Part shown: in pieces, positions 9,356 through 18,747 of the stretch
Numbering within the stretch: the stretch's first letter is position 1
How the letters are laid out: each line of letters starts with the position of its first letter
Source: a virus
Lineage: Duplodnaviria; Caudoviricetes
DNA: 64,000 nt
IMG/VR virus record: IMGVR_UViG_3300039167_000005
Location: 19,298-83,297 of that record
Direction: 5' to 3' (one strand)
Notes under the pieces: model-generated
The model's database searches: none
What the model saw: the letters and a program-made list of their open reading frames with translations, nothing else
What the model was told of the DNA's origin: nothing
Translations under genes and position numbers: made by a program

Positions 9356-9856
9356 TGCCGAGTAAACATATCTCTTCCATCCATGGGGAAACAGAACAAC
9401 ACGTATCCTATCACTTTGACACTATCCAAGAAATGATGGAGTTTGAGCGTTTCCAACAAGAGAGTACGTTTGAGAAGTATCAACAAGATCAGGAAGTTGC
9501 ACGAGAAGCTGTTTCTAACTTCATTTCCAAGCTCAAGTTTCCAATCAGTTATGAACTTCGTGACGATATTACCCCAGCAGACATTGACGCCCCCTCCACA
9601 AGAGGTCCCCGTCCATGGATCATTGATTGGAAGAAAGTGGAAGAAGATATTGGTCCTGAGTACAAGTGGTTTGCGGTAGATGAGGATGGGGAAAAGTGTG
9701 TATACTGGGCACCCCAAGCTTGATTGCGACGAAAAAGGAGGCTATTTCTATCCTGACGTTGATGATCGGGTGTACGGGATTAGTAGTGAATTCATCCTCC
9801 AAAAAGGTACTGTCCCTTGGAGTGAATCTCTTGTAAAGAAACCAGAGAAAAGCTAG
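9355..9856 (+). pseudogene. frameshifted hypothetical gene, paralog of 24037-24447
   Basis: ORF stops at 9723 after CCCC (9712-9715); the shifted frame continues ...PWSESLVKKPEKS*, matching WKESLVQRPESV of the paralog. Confidence 0.55.
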
Positions 9857-9866
9857 GAATCTTTTC

Positions 9867-9895
9867 TTGACAATAGCGTAATTTTCCTGTATATT
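9867..9895 (+). promoter_or_regulatory. sigma70-type promoter
   Basis: TTGACA-17-TATATT with extended -10 TG. Confidence 0.8.
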
Positions 9896-9930
9896 CCAAT
9901 CTCTCATCTAAACAATGAAGGAGAAAATAA

Positions 9931-10101
9931 ATGTCCAAAGAAGAATGGTTGCTGCAATGTTCTCTTCATCTTCAACGCTATGGTTGTGAAGAAGATGAAG
10001 CAGCGGAGCTAGCGGAAACCTTACTAGAAGAGACTTGCGAGGGTGATATTACCTATGACCCAGTTCAAATTGCTAACGAAGAAGTTTCATATTGGGATTA
10101 A
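9931..10101 (+). CDS. small acidic hypothetical protein
   Basis: AAGGAGA RBS, 56 aa. Confidence 0.6.
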   Translation: MSKEEWLLQCSLHLQRYGCEEDEAAELAETLLEETCEGDITYDPVQIANEEVSYWD

Positions 10102-10386
10102 CTAGAGGAGAAACATATGACATTACTGAATACACCAAGAATGTCCAAGTCGGCTTTGGTGTATCCCTGCCAATGAGAGTATACACTGCTACGCTGAAGG
10201 AAGGTTGCCAGCGTGCTCTGTATAAGAAGCTCAAAAAGGCTTCTTGAAGTAAAGATGAGAGAAGCTTATAGAAAAGATACACTATCATCTCAAAAACGGT
10301 GAGCTTACAAGTTCACTATAAATGCTGGAGACTTGCAATTTAAAACGTCTCACTATATGTTAATTTAATAAGAGGTAAACAATATT

Positions 10387-11391
10387 ATGGCGTTTGAAGT
10401 ATACGGTGTTGACCAAAAAGAGAGCGGTTCCGAGAAGAAAGTTGATTTCGAGAAACTGAACGAATATGTAGTCTCCACGGCGCAACTGGAAAATCGGGAA
10501 ACTCTGGTGGGAGTGGTGTCGATGATCGTAGATATCGGCACCCAAGAACAACCTGATGCGGAAGTAACTTTCGTAGGCGATGAAGAGGATGAGAAAAAAG
10601 CAATTGCGGAAAAACCTCAGACCTACTTTAAGGACGGGTTTGATCCCGAAACTAAGAAGCCTGTTCGTCTGAAATGCTGGCCGCAAAAGCCGATTCAGTC
10701 TGTTGCAGTTGCAGTGGACTTCCCCGACATTATTGTAGACAAGGGTCAGTTTTTTGGTGAATCTAAGCCTCTCCCGTTGCGTCTGTGGCTCGGTGGCCAG
10801 TTCTACATTCCTGATGTTGGAATGGTGATTGGTCGCCCTACTCCGCTAAAAGTTAATAAGAAACTTGGTGATTGGAGTCTTGACCAGAAGCATCTCTTCT
10901 ACAAGATGGCGGTGGCATCCAAGCTAATTAAGCCCGGTGAAGTATTCAAGCCTCAGCAAATTGACCAACTTCTAGGCAAGGCTTATCAATTTGAGGCACA
11001 GGTTTTCTTTAAGGAGAATAAGGGTAAGAAATACTACACTGAATACATCAAGTTTGTCAGTGGCCTTGGACGTGGTCAAGTAGAGCCTGAACTTTTCGTC
11101 CAACCGATGATGATTCAGTTTAACAAGGAGAACGATCCCTCAGCAATTAAAGACCTACGTAATCATGTAGTGAGCACTTTGAAGCGCGCCGTGAATTATC
11201 AAGGTTCTGCTATTCAGAAGCAGATTGAAGCTGTCCGGGGCACTAAGGAGAATTCTTCCCAAGAGCCTGTGAAGGAAGAAAAGAAGGAATCTCAAGCCCC
11301 TGTAGAACCGAAGGAAGATAAGACTATTCAACAAGCTAGCACTCAATTGGAGCAGTCTGATATTGATGACTCAGACGATCTTCCGTTCTGA
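10387..11391 (+). CDS. putative single-stranded DNA-binding protein
   Basis: replication cluster position; low-complexity linker and acidic tail ending DDSDDLPF. Confidence 0.55.
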   Translation: MAFEVYGVDQKESGSEKKVDFEKLNEYVVSTAQLENRETLVGVVSMIVDIGTQEQPDAEVTFVGDEEDEKKAIAEKPQTYFKDGFDPETKKPVRLKCWPQKPIQSVAVAVDFPDIIVDKGQFFGESKPLPLRLWLGGQFYIPDVGMVIGRPTPLKVNKKLGDWSLDQKHLFYKMAVASKLIKPGEVFKPQQIDQLLGKAYQFEAQVFFKENKGKKYYTEYIKFVSGLGRGQVEPELFVQPMMIQFNKENDPSAIKDLRNHVVSTLKRAVNYQGSAIQKQIEAVRGTKENSSQEPVKEEKKESQAPVEPKEDKTIQQASTQLEQSDIDDSDDLPF

Positions 11392-11402
11392 TCTAGCACA
11401 CT

Positions 11403-11427
11403 AGGAGGACTTCGGTCCTCCTTCTTT
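11403..11427 (+). terminator. Rho-independent terminator
   Basis: AGGAGGAC-TTCG-GTCCTCCT followed by TCTTT. Confidence 0.8.
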
Positions 11428-11440
11428 AAAGGAGTGAATA

Positions 11441-11617
11441 ATGCCTAAAGTAGTCTTTTATAAGGACAATGACAACGAAATGCTTAGGATTGAGGTAGAT
11501 GGTAAGCATTTTATTGAAGGTGATTTCTGGGATTTTGACTTTGCTAATGACTGTGAAGAACTTCTACAAATGTTGGGTATAGAAGTTGAACTTAAAAATT
11601 ATATTTATGGTGAATAA
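11441..11617 (+). CDS. small hypothetical protein
   Basis: AAGGAG RBS, 58 aa. Confidence 0.6.
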   Translation: MPKVVFYKDNDNEMLRIEVDGKHFIEGDFWDFDFANDCEELLQMLGIEVELKNYIYGE

Positions 11618-11629
11618 AGGAGAAATTTA

Positions 11630-11881
11630 ATGAGTAAGCAACAAGAACTGTTTGATAAGTTTGCAAACCTGTTCCGTGAAGTTATCACTCTGGAGCAAGA
11701 CCTAGATCAACTGGTTGAAGACAATATCTATTCTGGTGACAATCTGGAAGGCATTGATAAGAAGGAAGTGAAGGAAATCCGAAAGATTGCTGAACTGTAT
11801 GCTCGGGATTCCGCTTCCAAGATTGAAGATGATATCCAGAAGAAGAAAGAGCTGCTGGATAAGTACAACGACTTTGTCTAA
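11630..11881 (+). CDS. small helical protein, possibly GapR/DsbA-like DNA-binding
   Basis: 83 aa, charged helical pattern; family call is weak. Confidence 0.4.
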   Translation: MSKQQELFDKFANLFREVITLEQDLDQLVEDNIYSGDNLEGIDKKEVKEIRKIAELYARDSASKIEDDIQKKKELLDKYNDFV

Positions 11882-11890
11882 TTAGAAATT

Positions 11891-11916
11891 AGGGGAGCTA
11901 CGGCTCCTCTTTCTTT
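11891..11916 (+). terminator. Rho-independent terminator
   Basis: AGGGGAGC-TACG-GCTCCTCT followed by a T-rich tail. Confidence 0.75.
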
Positions 11917-11926
11917 AGGAGGAAAC

Positions 11927-12229
11927 ATGGGTATTGATATTTCAAATAGTCTTCTTGTAGGGGCTTCTTACGAAGAATTGGAGGACTTCATTCAAAGTAA
12001 AATGGGATCAGGCGAGTTTGATGAGGAGTGGGAGGTGCTGGACGAATACTTTGAGCGTGCCAGCCCTTGGTACGATGCTGGCTCAGATGAATGTTTCTAC
12101 GGTTTTCGAGTAGAGAATTTTAAACCTGTTACTAACGAATGGTTTACTGATTTAGTGAAGCTGTCTAAGGAGTTTGAAGACCTTACAGGCGTTAAACCAC
12201 GCCTTCGTGGTGGTGCAGATGTTTGGTGA
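11927..12229 (+). CDS. hypothetical protein
   Basis: AGGAGG RBS, 100 aa. Confidence 0.7.
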   Translation: MGIDISNSLLVGASYEELEDFIQSKMGSGEFDEEWEVLDEYFERASPWYDAGSDECFYGFRVENFKPVTNEWFTDLVKLSKEFEDLTGVKPRLRGGADVW

Positions 12230-12238
12230 GGAGAAAGA

Positions 12239-13258
12239 ATGATTCTAGTAGGACACGTAGACTTGGATGCACATAAGTATAGTTGTGCGTCTGTAGGAGA
12301 AACACGATCAATTGTAGCCATCCACAAAGAAAGTGGTCGGGAAAAAGCTTTCAAGACTCGTACTGAATTCTGGGGCCATCATAAAAAGAAGGCCGGGGGC
12401 TGGCTTGCGGAGGTTAATAAACAACGTCTGGAGAAAGGGCAAGAGCCTTTCAAACCAGAAGACTTTGAAATCCAAGACAAACAAGAAATCAAAGAACCTC
12501 TAGCCAATATCCTCCATACATGCAAACTTTCTGTTGAATCTGCTGTAAAAGCTTCCGGCGCGAATAAGGCAGTGTATTACATTGGTAAAGGTGAAAGTTT
12601 CCGGGTAGGCAAGAGCACCTTACTTGAGTATAAGGGTAATCGTACTGGAATGCTCAAGCCTCTACTTCTAGACGAAGTTAGTGAATACCTGACCCGTAAA
12701 TTTGGGGCTGAAGTGATTACTGGCTTGGAAGTGGACGATGTTGTGAATATGAATGCCTACCGAAAGAAAGGACACTTCCAGCTTATTCTAGATAAGGATG
12801 GGTATGGGGCTGGGGCAGATATGTTCAACTTCCAGAAGCCAGAAGAAGGGATTGTTAAGACAGATTGCTTCGGTAAGCTCTTCATTGATACAAGTGGTAA
12901 AAATGCCAAAGTGCGGGGTTATGGGCGGATGTTTAAGCTATGGCAATGCTGTAGTGGAGATGATTCCGATAATTATTTCGCCAATTGCAAGTCTGATATT
13001 GCATGGGCAGATATGTCCGCTTACAACGCTCTCGTCAATTGTCAAAACGACAAAGAGTTGTTTGAGGCTGCAATTGGGGTGTTTAAGCATCTCTACCCTG
13101 AACCAAAAGTTGTAACTGGTTGGCGAGGAGATGAAATTCTCATTGACTGGAAGTATGTTATGCAAGAGTGCTTTACTCTGTGTCACATGCTGCGCTGGGA
13201 AGGGGATGAAGTACATCTGCCCGATGTATTTGATAGGTTGAAGATTGCCTATGAATAA
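12239..13258 (+). CDS. 5'-3' exonuclease (T7 gp6/RNase H-like)
   Basis: DxD start, YKGNR, LEVDDVV, LDKD, GDDSDNY motifs. Confidence 0.8.
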   Translation: MILVGHVDLDAHKYSCASVGETRSIVAIHKESGREKAFKTRTEFWGHHKKKAGGWLAEVNKQRLEKGQEPFKPEDFEIQDKQEIKEPLANILHTCKLSVESAVKASGANKAVYYIGKGESFRVGKSTLLEYKGNRTGMLKPLLLDEVSEYLTRKFGAEVITGLEVDDVVNMNAYRKKGHFQLILDKDGYGAGADMFNFQKPEEGIVKTDCFGKLFIDTSGKNAKVRGYGRMFKLWQCCSGDDSDNYFANCKSDIAWADMSAYNALVNCQNDKELFEAAIGVFKHLYPEPKVVTGWRGDEILIDWKYVMQECFTLCHMLRWEGDEVHLPDVFDRLKIAYE

Positions 13259-13790
13259 GACACCTTGGGGACCAAACACACCTTGGAAGAACTCTGTTGC
13301 ATTCTATACATACCTGAGAGGCTGTCTAAGGTCTGCTTGGTCACGCAACCCAATCAAACACAACTTAATTAAGAAGCAACGTAGGCAGATTCCTAACCCC
13401 AACAAGAATGGAAAGAAGGCTACAGTGTGGGGTGCTGACTGTGCTATGTGCGATGGAGAGTTTCCAATCTCCCAGATTCAAGTTGACCACATCAACCCTG
13501 CTGGGAGCTTACAGTGCAAGGAAGACATTCCGGGATTTGTTGAACGACTCTTGTTTGTGACAGAGGATGACTTGCGGCTCGTTTGTAAGGGGTGCAACAG
13601 TGCGTTGGCATATGCTGACAAACACGGTATTCCTTATGAAGAAGCCCTACTCCTGAAGCAAGTAATCCAAATGGAAAAAGACAAGACTCTCAAGAAATTC
13701 CTTGACGATCATGAGGTTACGTGCAAAGCTACACAACGTAGAGAGAAAGCTCTAGAGATAATGAGAAAGGAGGGAAGGAATGAAGATTAA
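13251..13790 (+). CDS. HNH endonuclease coupled to the exonuclease
   Basis: CAMC...VDHINP...LVCKGCN zinc/HNH motif. Confidence 0.75.
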   Translation: MNKTPWGPNTPWKNSVAFYTYLRGCLRSAWSRNPIKHNLIKKQRRQIPNPNKNGKKATVWGADCAMCDGEFPISQIQVDHINPAGSLQCKEDIPGFVERLLFVTEDDLRLVCKGCNSALAYADKHGIPYEEALLLKQVIQMEKDKTLKKFLDDHEVTCKATQRREKALEIMRKEGRNED

Positions 13791-14106
13791 AGAATATCTA
13801 GATACATTGACAGTGGATCAGTTACGCACAGTATGTCGCATTGCAGAGGGAAAGATCAAAGCTGCTGAGGGATGTAAGCGAAAGGTTATTTGGTATGTGG
13901 AGGAAGGGGGATTTATTCTAGAGTCTTTCAGAGAGGAAGATTATGAGAAAGCTCTCCAATATTTGAAGAAGGCATTGGACGGAGAGGACATTATCCGTAA
14001 CATGCAAGAGACCATTAAAGCAGGTGAGCGTCTCGGCTACTTAGAGCTACCGAAGATTGTCCCTTCTTTTGAAAATGAAGTGGAGTATGAGGAATGGTTT
14101 AAATGA
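13780..14106 (+). CDS. hypothetical protein
   Basis: overlapping start and stop, RBS present. Confidence 0.7.
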   Translation: MKIKEYLDTLTVDQLRTVCRIAEGKIKAAEGCKRKVIWYVEEGGFILESFREEDYEKALQYLKKALDGEDIIRNMQETIKAGERLGYLELPKIVPSFENEVEYEEWFK

Positions 14107-14336
14107 GTGGAATCACGCACACTGATTATATGAGCCTTGTTGAGCGGATTGAGAAGCTAGAGAATGATCTTCGTTGGATTACTGGGGATATTCTGGTGAA
14201 AGAGTCTCAAGAGATGGGATTCTATGAGGGGATTAATATTAATCCCCCTCCAAAGGGTAGTGGGCGTCCTAGAGTTCCTCCCGCTGCTCCACCTAAACCC
14301 AACCGTTGTACTTGCTGTGGAGGGTGTAATAAATGA
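14103..14336 (+). CDS. hypothetical Pro-rich protein
   Basis: coupled ORF, 77 aa. Confidence 0.6.
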   Translation: MSGITHTDYMSLVERIEKLENDLRWITGDILVKESQEMGFYEGININPPPKGSGRPRVPPAAPPKPNRCTCCGGCNK

Positions 14337-14457
14337 TTAGTGAAGATAATTTCTTCTTTTGGTACGGAGCAAGTAAGAGTGTAGAGTTGTTCTGCTACCT
14401 TTTTGTTCTGTGGAATCAAATCGGCATCTGAGATGCCTATATTTAAGGAGAGTGGTT

Positions 14458-15237
14458 TTGAGTAAAAAGATTCTAGTTGTGGCAGATACACAATGTAAGC
14501 CCGGTGAAGATTTGTCCTACATGTCAGCTATAGGGAACTACATTGTTAATAAACGCCCGAACGTTGTCGTGCATATAGGAGACAATTTTGACTTCCCATC
14601 ATTGAGTATTTATGATAAGGGTAAAGCTTCCTTTGAAGGTCGTCGCCTGAAGGCGGACATTGATGCTGGTAATAAGGGTCTTGACCTTCTGTTGGCGCCC
14701 CTGCGCGAGTTGCAAGAACGTCAACGTCAGTCGAAGAAGAAAGTGTATAATCCTCGCCTAGTATTTTGTACGGGAAACCACGAGGAGCGCTTCGACCGGC
14801 TGGCAAGTAATATGCCAGAGCTTCAAGGCTTTGTAGGAATGGAAACTCTCGGTCTTGAAAATCAAGGTTGGGAAGTCATTCCATTCCTGCAACCTGTTGA
14901 AATCGAAGGTATTTTCTTTGTACACTATCTGGCTAACCCATTCACAGGTAAACCTTATGGTGGTACTGCAATGAATCAACTCAAAACTGTAGGTCGGAGC
15001 TTTGTATGCGGGCATAAACAAACTCTTGACGTGGCTATTCGCCCAAGTATTGACGGTAAAATGCAGATTGGTATTATCAACGGGGCTTGTTATCCTTTTG
15101 ATGAGGACTACAAAGGGTTCCAAGGTAATAATCATTTCCGGGGCGTCACTATGCTCCATGATGTTAAAGATGGGTTTGGTTGTCCTATGTTTGTTTCTCT
15201 AGAGTTTTTGATGGAGAAGTATGGAAAAGTATTTTAA
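14458..15237 (+). CDS. calcineurin-like metallophosphoesterase
   Basis: VADTQ, HIGDNFD, GNHE, GHKQ motifs; TTG start after AAGGAG. Confidence 0.85.
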   Translation: MSKKILVVADTQCKPGEDLSYMSAIGNYIVNKRPNVVVHIGDNFDFPSLSIYDKGKASFEGRRLKADIDAGNKGLDLLLAPLRELQERQRQSKKKVYNPRLVFCTGNHEERFDRLASNMPELQGFVGMETLGLENQGWEVIPFLQPVEIEGIFFVHYLANPFTGKPYGGTAMNQLKTVGRSFVCGHKQTLDVAIRPSIDGKMQIGIINGACYPFDEDYKGFQGNNHFRGVTMLHDVKDGFGCPMFVSLEFLMEKYGKVF

Positions 15238-15445
15238 TCCTGTTATTCCCACTAGAGAGTTTATGGAATGTTATGCCGAGGGAATATTCCCACCAATGCC
15301 TTTTGGGCAGCATGTCCAGTGGGCAGAGGACTATCTGCAAACAGGGAGGGTTGTAACGAAATCACCGGGCGACTCCAGCGATCCTACTTGGATTCGTAAT
15401 CTGAAGGTGGCTTCAAAAGCGTACCTAGAAGATACAAAAGGTTGA
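15221..15445 (+). CDS. hypothetical protein
   Basis: overlaps the upstream gene, GGAG RBS. Confidence 0.6.
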   Translation: MEKYFNPVIPTREFMECYAEGIFPPMPFGQHVQWAEDYLQTGRVVTKSPGDSSDPTWIRNLKVASKAYLEDTKG

Positions 15446-15470
15446 CACAGCACACGGAACGTGCTAATCT
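15442..15470 (+). promoter_or_regulatory. sigma70-type promoter
   Basis: TTGACA-17-TAATCT; AGCAC/GTGCT inverted repeat in the spacer. Confidence 0.75.
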
Positions 15471-15502
15471 TCTCACCAACACGTAAATAAATAGGAGGAA
15501 CT

Positions 15503-15988
15503 ATGGAAGAGTTTTATAAAACACTCAAAGTGGGGGATATTGTCAAGGTGGAAGGGGAGCAGTGGGGGATTCAATACGATGCTGTTGTCGAGGTTACCGG
15601 ACTATACGGTGGACTGGATTGCGGTTTTGATTACAAACGAGTATCCGGTAACCCCGAGAGAGAGCTGGGGATAATCGGTAGTTGTCACTTGAAAGGCGGT
15701 GATCTAATTGTTTTTCCGGTAGAAAACAAAGAGAATACTCCTGCACAAGACGTTGTTAATTCCCCCAACCATTATATTCTCTTCAAAGATATTGAAGTGA
15801 AAGATGTAGTGAAAGAAGTTCTTCGTCGTTGGCAAGATGAGAGCAATACTGATATGAGCTTTAATCAGGCTGGGATGATGAAGGAAGCTCTGCAATATCT
15901 TCTTCGTGCTCCTAAGAAGAACAAGAAAGAGGATGTCGAAAAGGCTGTATACTACCTGAAGGCTATTTTGGAGGAATGGGATGAGTAA
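15503..15988 (+). CDS. DUF3310-like domain protein
   Basis: DVVNSPNHY...ALQYLLRAPKKN..EDVEKAVYYL. Confidence 0.7.
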   Translation: MEEFYKTLKVGDIVKVEGEQWGIQYDAVVEVTGLYGGLDCGFDYKRVSGNPERELGIIGSCHLKGGDLIVFPVENKENTPAQDVVNSPNHYILFKDIEVKDVVKEVLRRWQDESNTDMSFNQAGMMKEALQYLLRAPKKNKKEDVEKAVYYLKAILEEWDE

Positions 15989-16889
15989 AGTCTATTTCGG
16001 GGAGGCTGGCTATGTCCAGCTTCTCAAGGATGTTCTAGAGAATGGAGTAGAGATTCCAGATCGTACAGGTATTGGTTGTCGAGCAATCTTTGATGCAAAA
16101 GTGGTGTATGATAAGCTCGAAAACGGAGAGACGGATTTTGCCCTCTCATCTCTTCGTTCTTGTCCTCCACGCTTCAGCTTCGAAGAAATGTGGATGTTCC
16201 TCCGACGAGAAACCAACACTAAAACTCTTGAAGAGAAAGGAATTTACTTTTGGAAGGGAAATACAAGCCGTGAGTTTCTGAATAAGCGGGACCTTCGCCA
16301 TCTGCCGGAGGGCGATCTTGGCAGGGCATACAGTGAACAGTGGCGAGATTTTGGTGGCTACTACGACTTCTACTCTCTGGGTGTAGATCAGCTCCTAAAA
16401 CTGATTGATACCTTGGGTTCTGACCGCTATTCTCGTCGAATGGTGGTGAGCCTGTGGAACCCAGCAGAGGAAGACTTGATGCCTCTAACTCCGTGCTGGT
16501 GGGCAAGTGAATATGTCGTCCTTCCGAATAAAGAGGGGAAAGATGTTCTTCACGTAAAGCTGATTAACCGTTCTTTGGATGTTCTGTTTGGTTTCCCGTT
16601 CGCTGTACAACAATACCGTTTGTTCCAGCTTGCGTTGTGTAAGATGTTCGGGTTTGAAATGGGCACGCTCAGTGCAGACCTCTCCCACGTTCACCTGTAC
16701 AACAACCAGCTAGAATATGCTCAGGAAACTGTACAACGTGAATTTGGTGAGCAGGGTAAAGTGCTGATTAACAAGGAAATTTCTTCTCTGGGGGACTTGC
16801 TTTCACTTCAGTGGGAGGATATCATTGTCACAGATTTGGAGATCAACAAGACTCCGTTTAGAACACCTAAGCCTAGTATGGCTATTTGA
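15981..16889 (+). CDS. thyA: thymidylate synthase (ThyA fold) with a divergent active site
   Basis: DRTG, GDLGRAY..QWR, SRRMVVSLWNP, LTPC, RSLD...GFPF, HLY motifs. Confidence 0.88.
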   Translation: MSKVYFGEAGYVQLLKDVLENGVEIPDRTGIGCRAIFDAKVVYDKLENGETDFALSSLRSCPPRFSFEEMWMFLRRETNTKTLEEKGIYFWKGNTSREFLNKRDLRHLPEGDLGRAYSEQWRDFGGYYDFYSLGVDQLLKLIDTLGSDRYSRRMVVSLWNPAEEDLMPLTPCWWASEYVVLPNKEGKDVLHVKLINRSLDVLFGFPFAVQQYRLFQLALCKMFGFEMGTLSADLSHVHLYNNQLEYAQETVQREFGEQGKVLINKEISSLGDLLSLQWEDIIVTDLEINKTPFRTPKPSMAI

Positions 16890-16908
16890 TAAACACAGGG
16901 GGGGTGCT

Positions 16909-17307
16909 ATGAGGTATTGCTATGAAATCGGCTGCATGGTGACGGATGTAGGTGATTTTGTTGGACAGACAATCCAATCTGTAGAGGGTCTGGTAAAGGA
17001 CAGTACGCAGATTACGTTCATTACTGACGCAGGTGTAAAGTATGCAATGTTTCACGAACAAGATTGCTGTGAGGCTGTCTGGTTAGAAGACATTGACGGG
17101 GACGCCTCAGACTTAATTGGTGCAAAGGTGCTATCCTTTGAAGAATCTAGTAAAGAAAATCCTGATGCCTCGGAATCTGGCACTTGGACTTTCTATACAA
17201 TTATTACGGACAAGGGACGTGTGTGGTTACGCTGGAATGGAGAGTCTAATGGTTTCTATTCAGAGTCTGTCAGCTTCTACAAGGTTCTACATGAGGGGCG
17301 TTTATGA
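16909..17307 (+). CDS. conserved hypothetical phage protein
   Basis: EQDCCEAVWLEDIDGD...TWTFY...W.GESNGFYSE pattern. Confidence 0.75.
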   Translation: MRYCYEIGCMVTDVGDFVGQTIQSVEGLVKDSTQITFITDAGVKYAMFHEQDCCEAVWLEDIDGDASDLIGAKVLSFEESSKENPDASESGTWTFYTIITDKGRVWLRWNGESNGFYSESVSFYKVLHEGRL

Positions 17308-17774
17308 TTAGCGCAATTGTAGCTGTAAGCCCTGATTGGGAAATTGGTTGTGGAGATGAGTTACTGTATCGTAACTCTTTTGATATGGGGTTCTTCTGCG
17401 GTCTGACACAGGGTCGTGCTTTAGTCGCGGGGAAGCGTACTGCTGATCTTATCCCAAGTCTTCCTAATAGGACTCTGTGGACACTGGGTAAACCAGCTTG
17501 GGAATTGCTAAGTTGTGATGCCGAAGACGTAGAAGAACTCGTGCGGAAGTTGTTCGGAAACGTCGTTGTAATTGGTGGAGGTAAGACGTATAAACTATTT
17601 GCCCCTTATGTAGATCAAATCTACGTCACACACTTCTTCAATCCTCCAGAGAAACAAGCAGACGTGTTCTTCCCAATCGAAGACTATCCATGGATTGTTC
17701 CTGAGAACGGGGTTAAGATTGTAAGTAATAAAGAATTTGAAATTGTATTGTATAGACGCCAAGGAGAAACATGA
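17304..17774 (+). CDS. folA: dihydrofolate reductase
   Basis: MISAIVAV...IG, D..FF...T, GKRT, LPNR, VIGGG..Y, ADVFFP. Confidence 0.85.
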   Translation: MISAIVAVSPDWEIGCGDELLYRNSFDMGFFCGLTQGRALVAGKRTADLIPSLPNRTLWTLGKPAWELLSCDAEDVEELVRKLFGNVVVIGGGKTYKLFAPYVDQIYVTHFFNPPEKQADVFFPIEDYPWIVPENGVKIVSNKEFEIVLYRRQGET

Positions 17775-18256
17775 AACACCTGATTCAACAAGCAAAACAA
17801 GTAATTGAGTTCAATCGTAAAGCAGGGAACGTCCTACACCCTGCCTACACCCTAGACTTTGATCGGAGCATTATCTCTCAGGCTGCTCTCATTAAAGAAG
17901 AGGGCCTTGAAGTGGAAGAAGCAGCACATGAGGGAGATTATAACCACCTGCTTAAAGAATTCTGTGATGTGTTCGTTGTTCTGATGGAGGGGATTCACCG
18001 ACTTGAAGTTGCAGGCTTTGATTTTGAAGGTGCTATGCAAGCGGTGAATGACAACAATTTCCTCAAGATTTACAGTAGTTATGCAGAAGCTGTAGAAGTG
18101 AAGGAGGCATTGGAAGAACGAGACGATAAGGAATATTTCATCAATACCAATTATCATAATGGCGTTCCTTTTTACGTTGTGGTAAACTCTGCTGGTAAGA
18201 TCATGAAGCGGATTGGACATCCTTCGGTCGATCTTAGTGAATACATTCCTAAGTAA
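17771..18256 (+). CDS. MazG-like nucleotide pyrophosphohydrolase
   Basis: IKEE..EV.EA...LLKEFCDV motif. Confidence 0.75.
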   Translation: MKHLIQQAKQVIEFNRKAGNVLHPAYTLDFDRSIISQAALIKEEGLEVEEAAHEGDYNHLLKEFCDVFVVLMEGIHRLEVAGFDFEGAMQAVNDNNFLKIYSSYAEAVEVKEALEERDDKEYFINTNYHNGVPFYVVVNSAGKIMKRIGHPSVDLSEYIPK

Positions 18257-18269
18257 TCGGAGAATACTA

Positions 18270-18494
18270 ATGGCAGAGCCTAATAAATATCAGATTGTGA
18301 AGATGAAGATGGAGTGGATGGAATCCCTCTTTCCCCACGACGGAGATTTTGTAGAGCTTCAAGGGAATGTTTGGTGTGCTGATGTATTCCCTGATTATAC
18401 AGAGCACTCTTATGTTCTACGAGAAGCAACAGAGCGAGAGAAAGAGGTGTGGAAGGCATTTAACACCCTTGCAGATTTTTATTTTAAGAGGTAA
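18270..18494 (+). CDS. hypothetical protein
   Basis: GGAG RBS before ATG 18270. Confidence 0.6.
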   Translation: MAEPNKYQIVKMKMEWMESLFPHDGDFVELQGNVWCADVFPDYTEHSYVLREATEREKEVWKAFNTLADFYFKR

Positions 18495-18506
18495 GGAGAA
18501 GAGGAT

Positions 18507-18746
18507 ATGAGTAAGAAACTTGTAATTGTATCGGCGGCGTGGTGTGCCAACTGCGGTCCACTAAAGAAGAAGCTAGAAGATGCAGGGATTGAGTTTGAAA
18601 CTGTAGATGCTGATGAGAATATGGAATTCTGCCGAAACTACGGGGTTCGTGGACTACCCACCACTCTGTTCTTTGAGAATGACGCGCTAGTGAAGAGCCT
18701 TGTTGGCAACTGCGCTCTAAAAGAATATGAAGGCTGGAGTAATTAA
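18507..18746 (+). CDS. thioredoxin-like protein
   Basis: WCANC, VDAD, GVRGLPT. Confidence 0.85.
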   Translation: MSKKLVIVSAAWCANCGPLKKKLEDAGIEFETVDADENMEFCRNYGVRGLPTTLFFENDALVKSLVGNCALKEYEGWSN

Positions 18747-18747
18747 A

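Noticed and set aside
13251-13790. Counting this HNH gene as a homing endonuclease
   Set aside because: It is tightly coupled to the exonuclease, with phage-typical codon use and no NUMOD/AP2 arms; more likely a core recombination or host-DNA-degradation nuclease.
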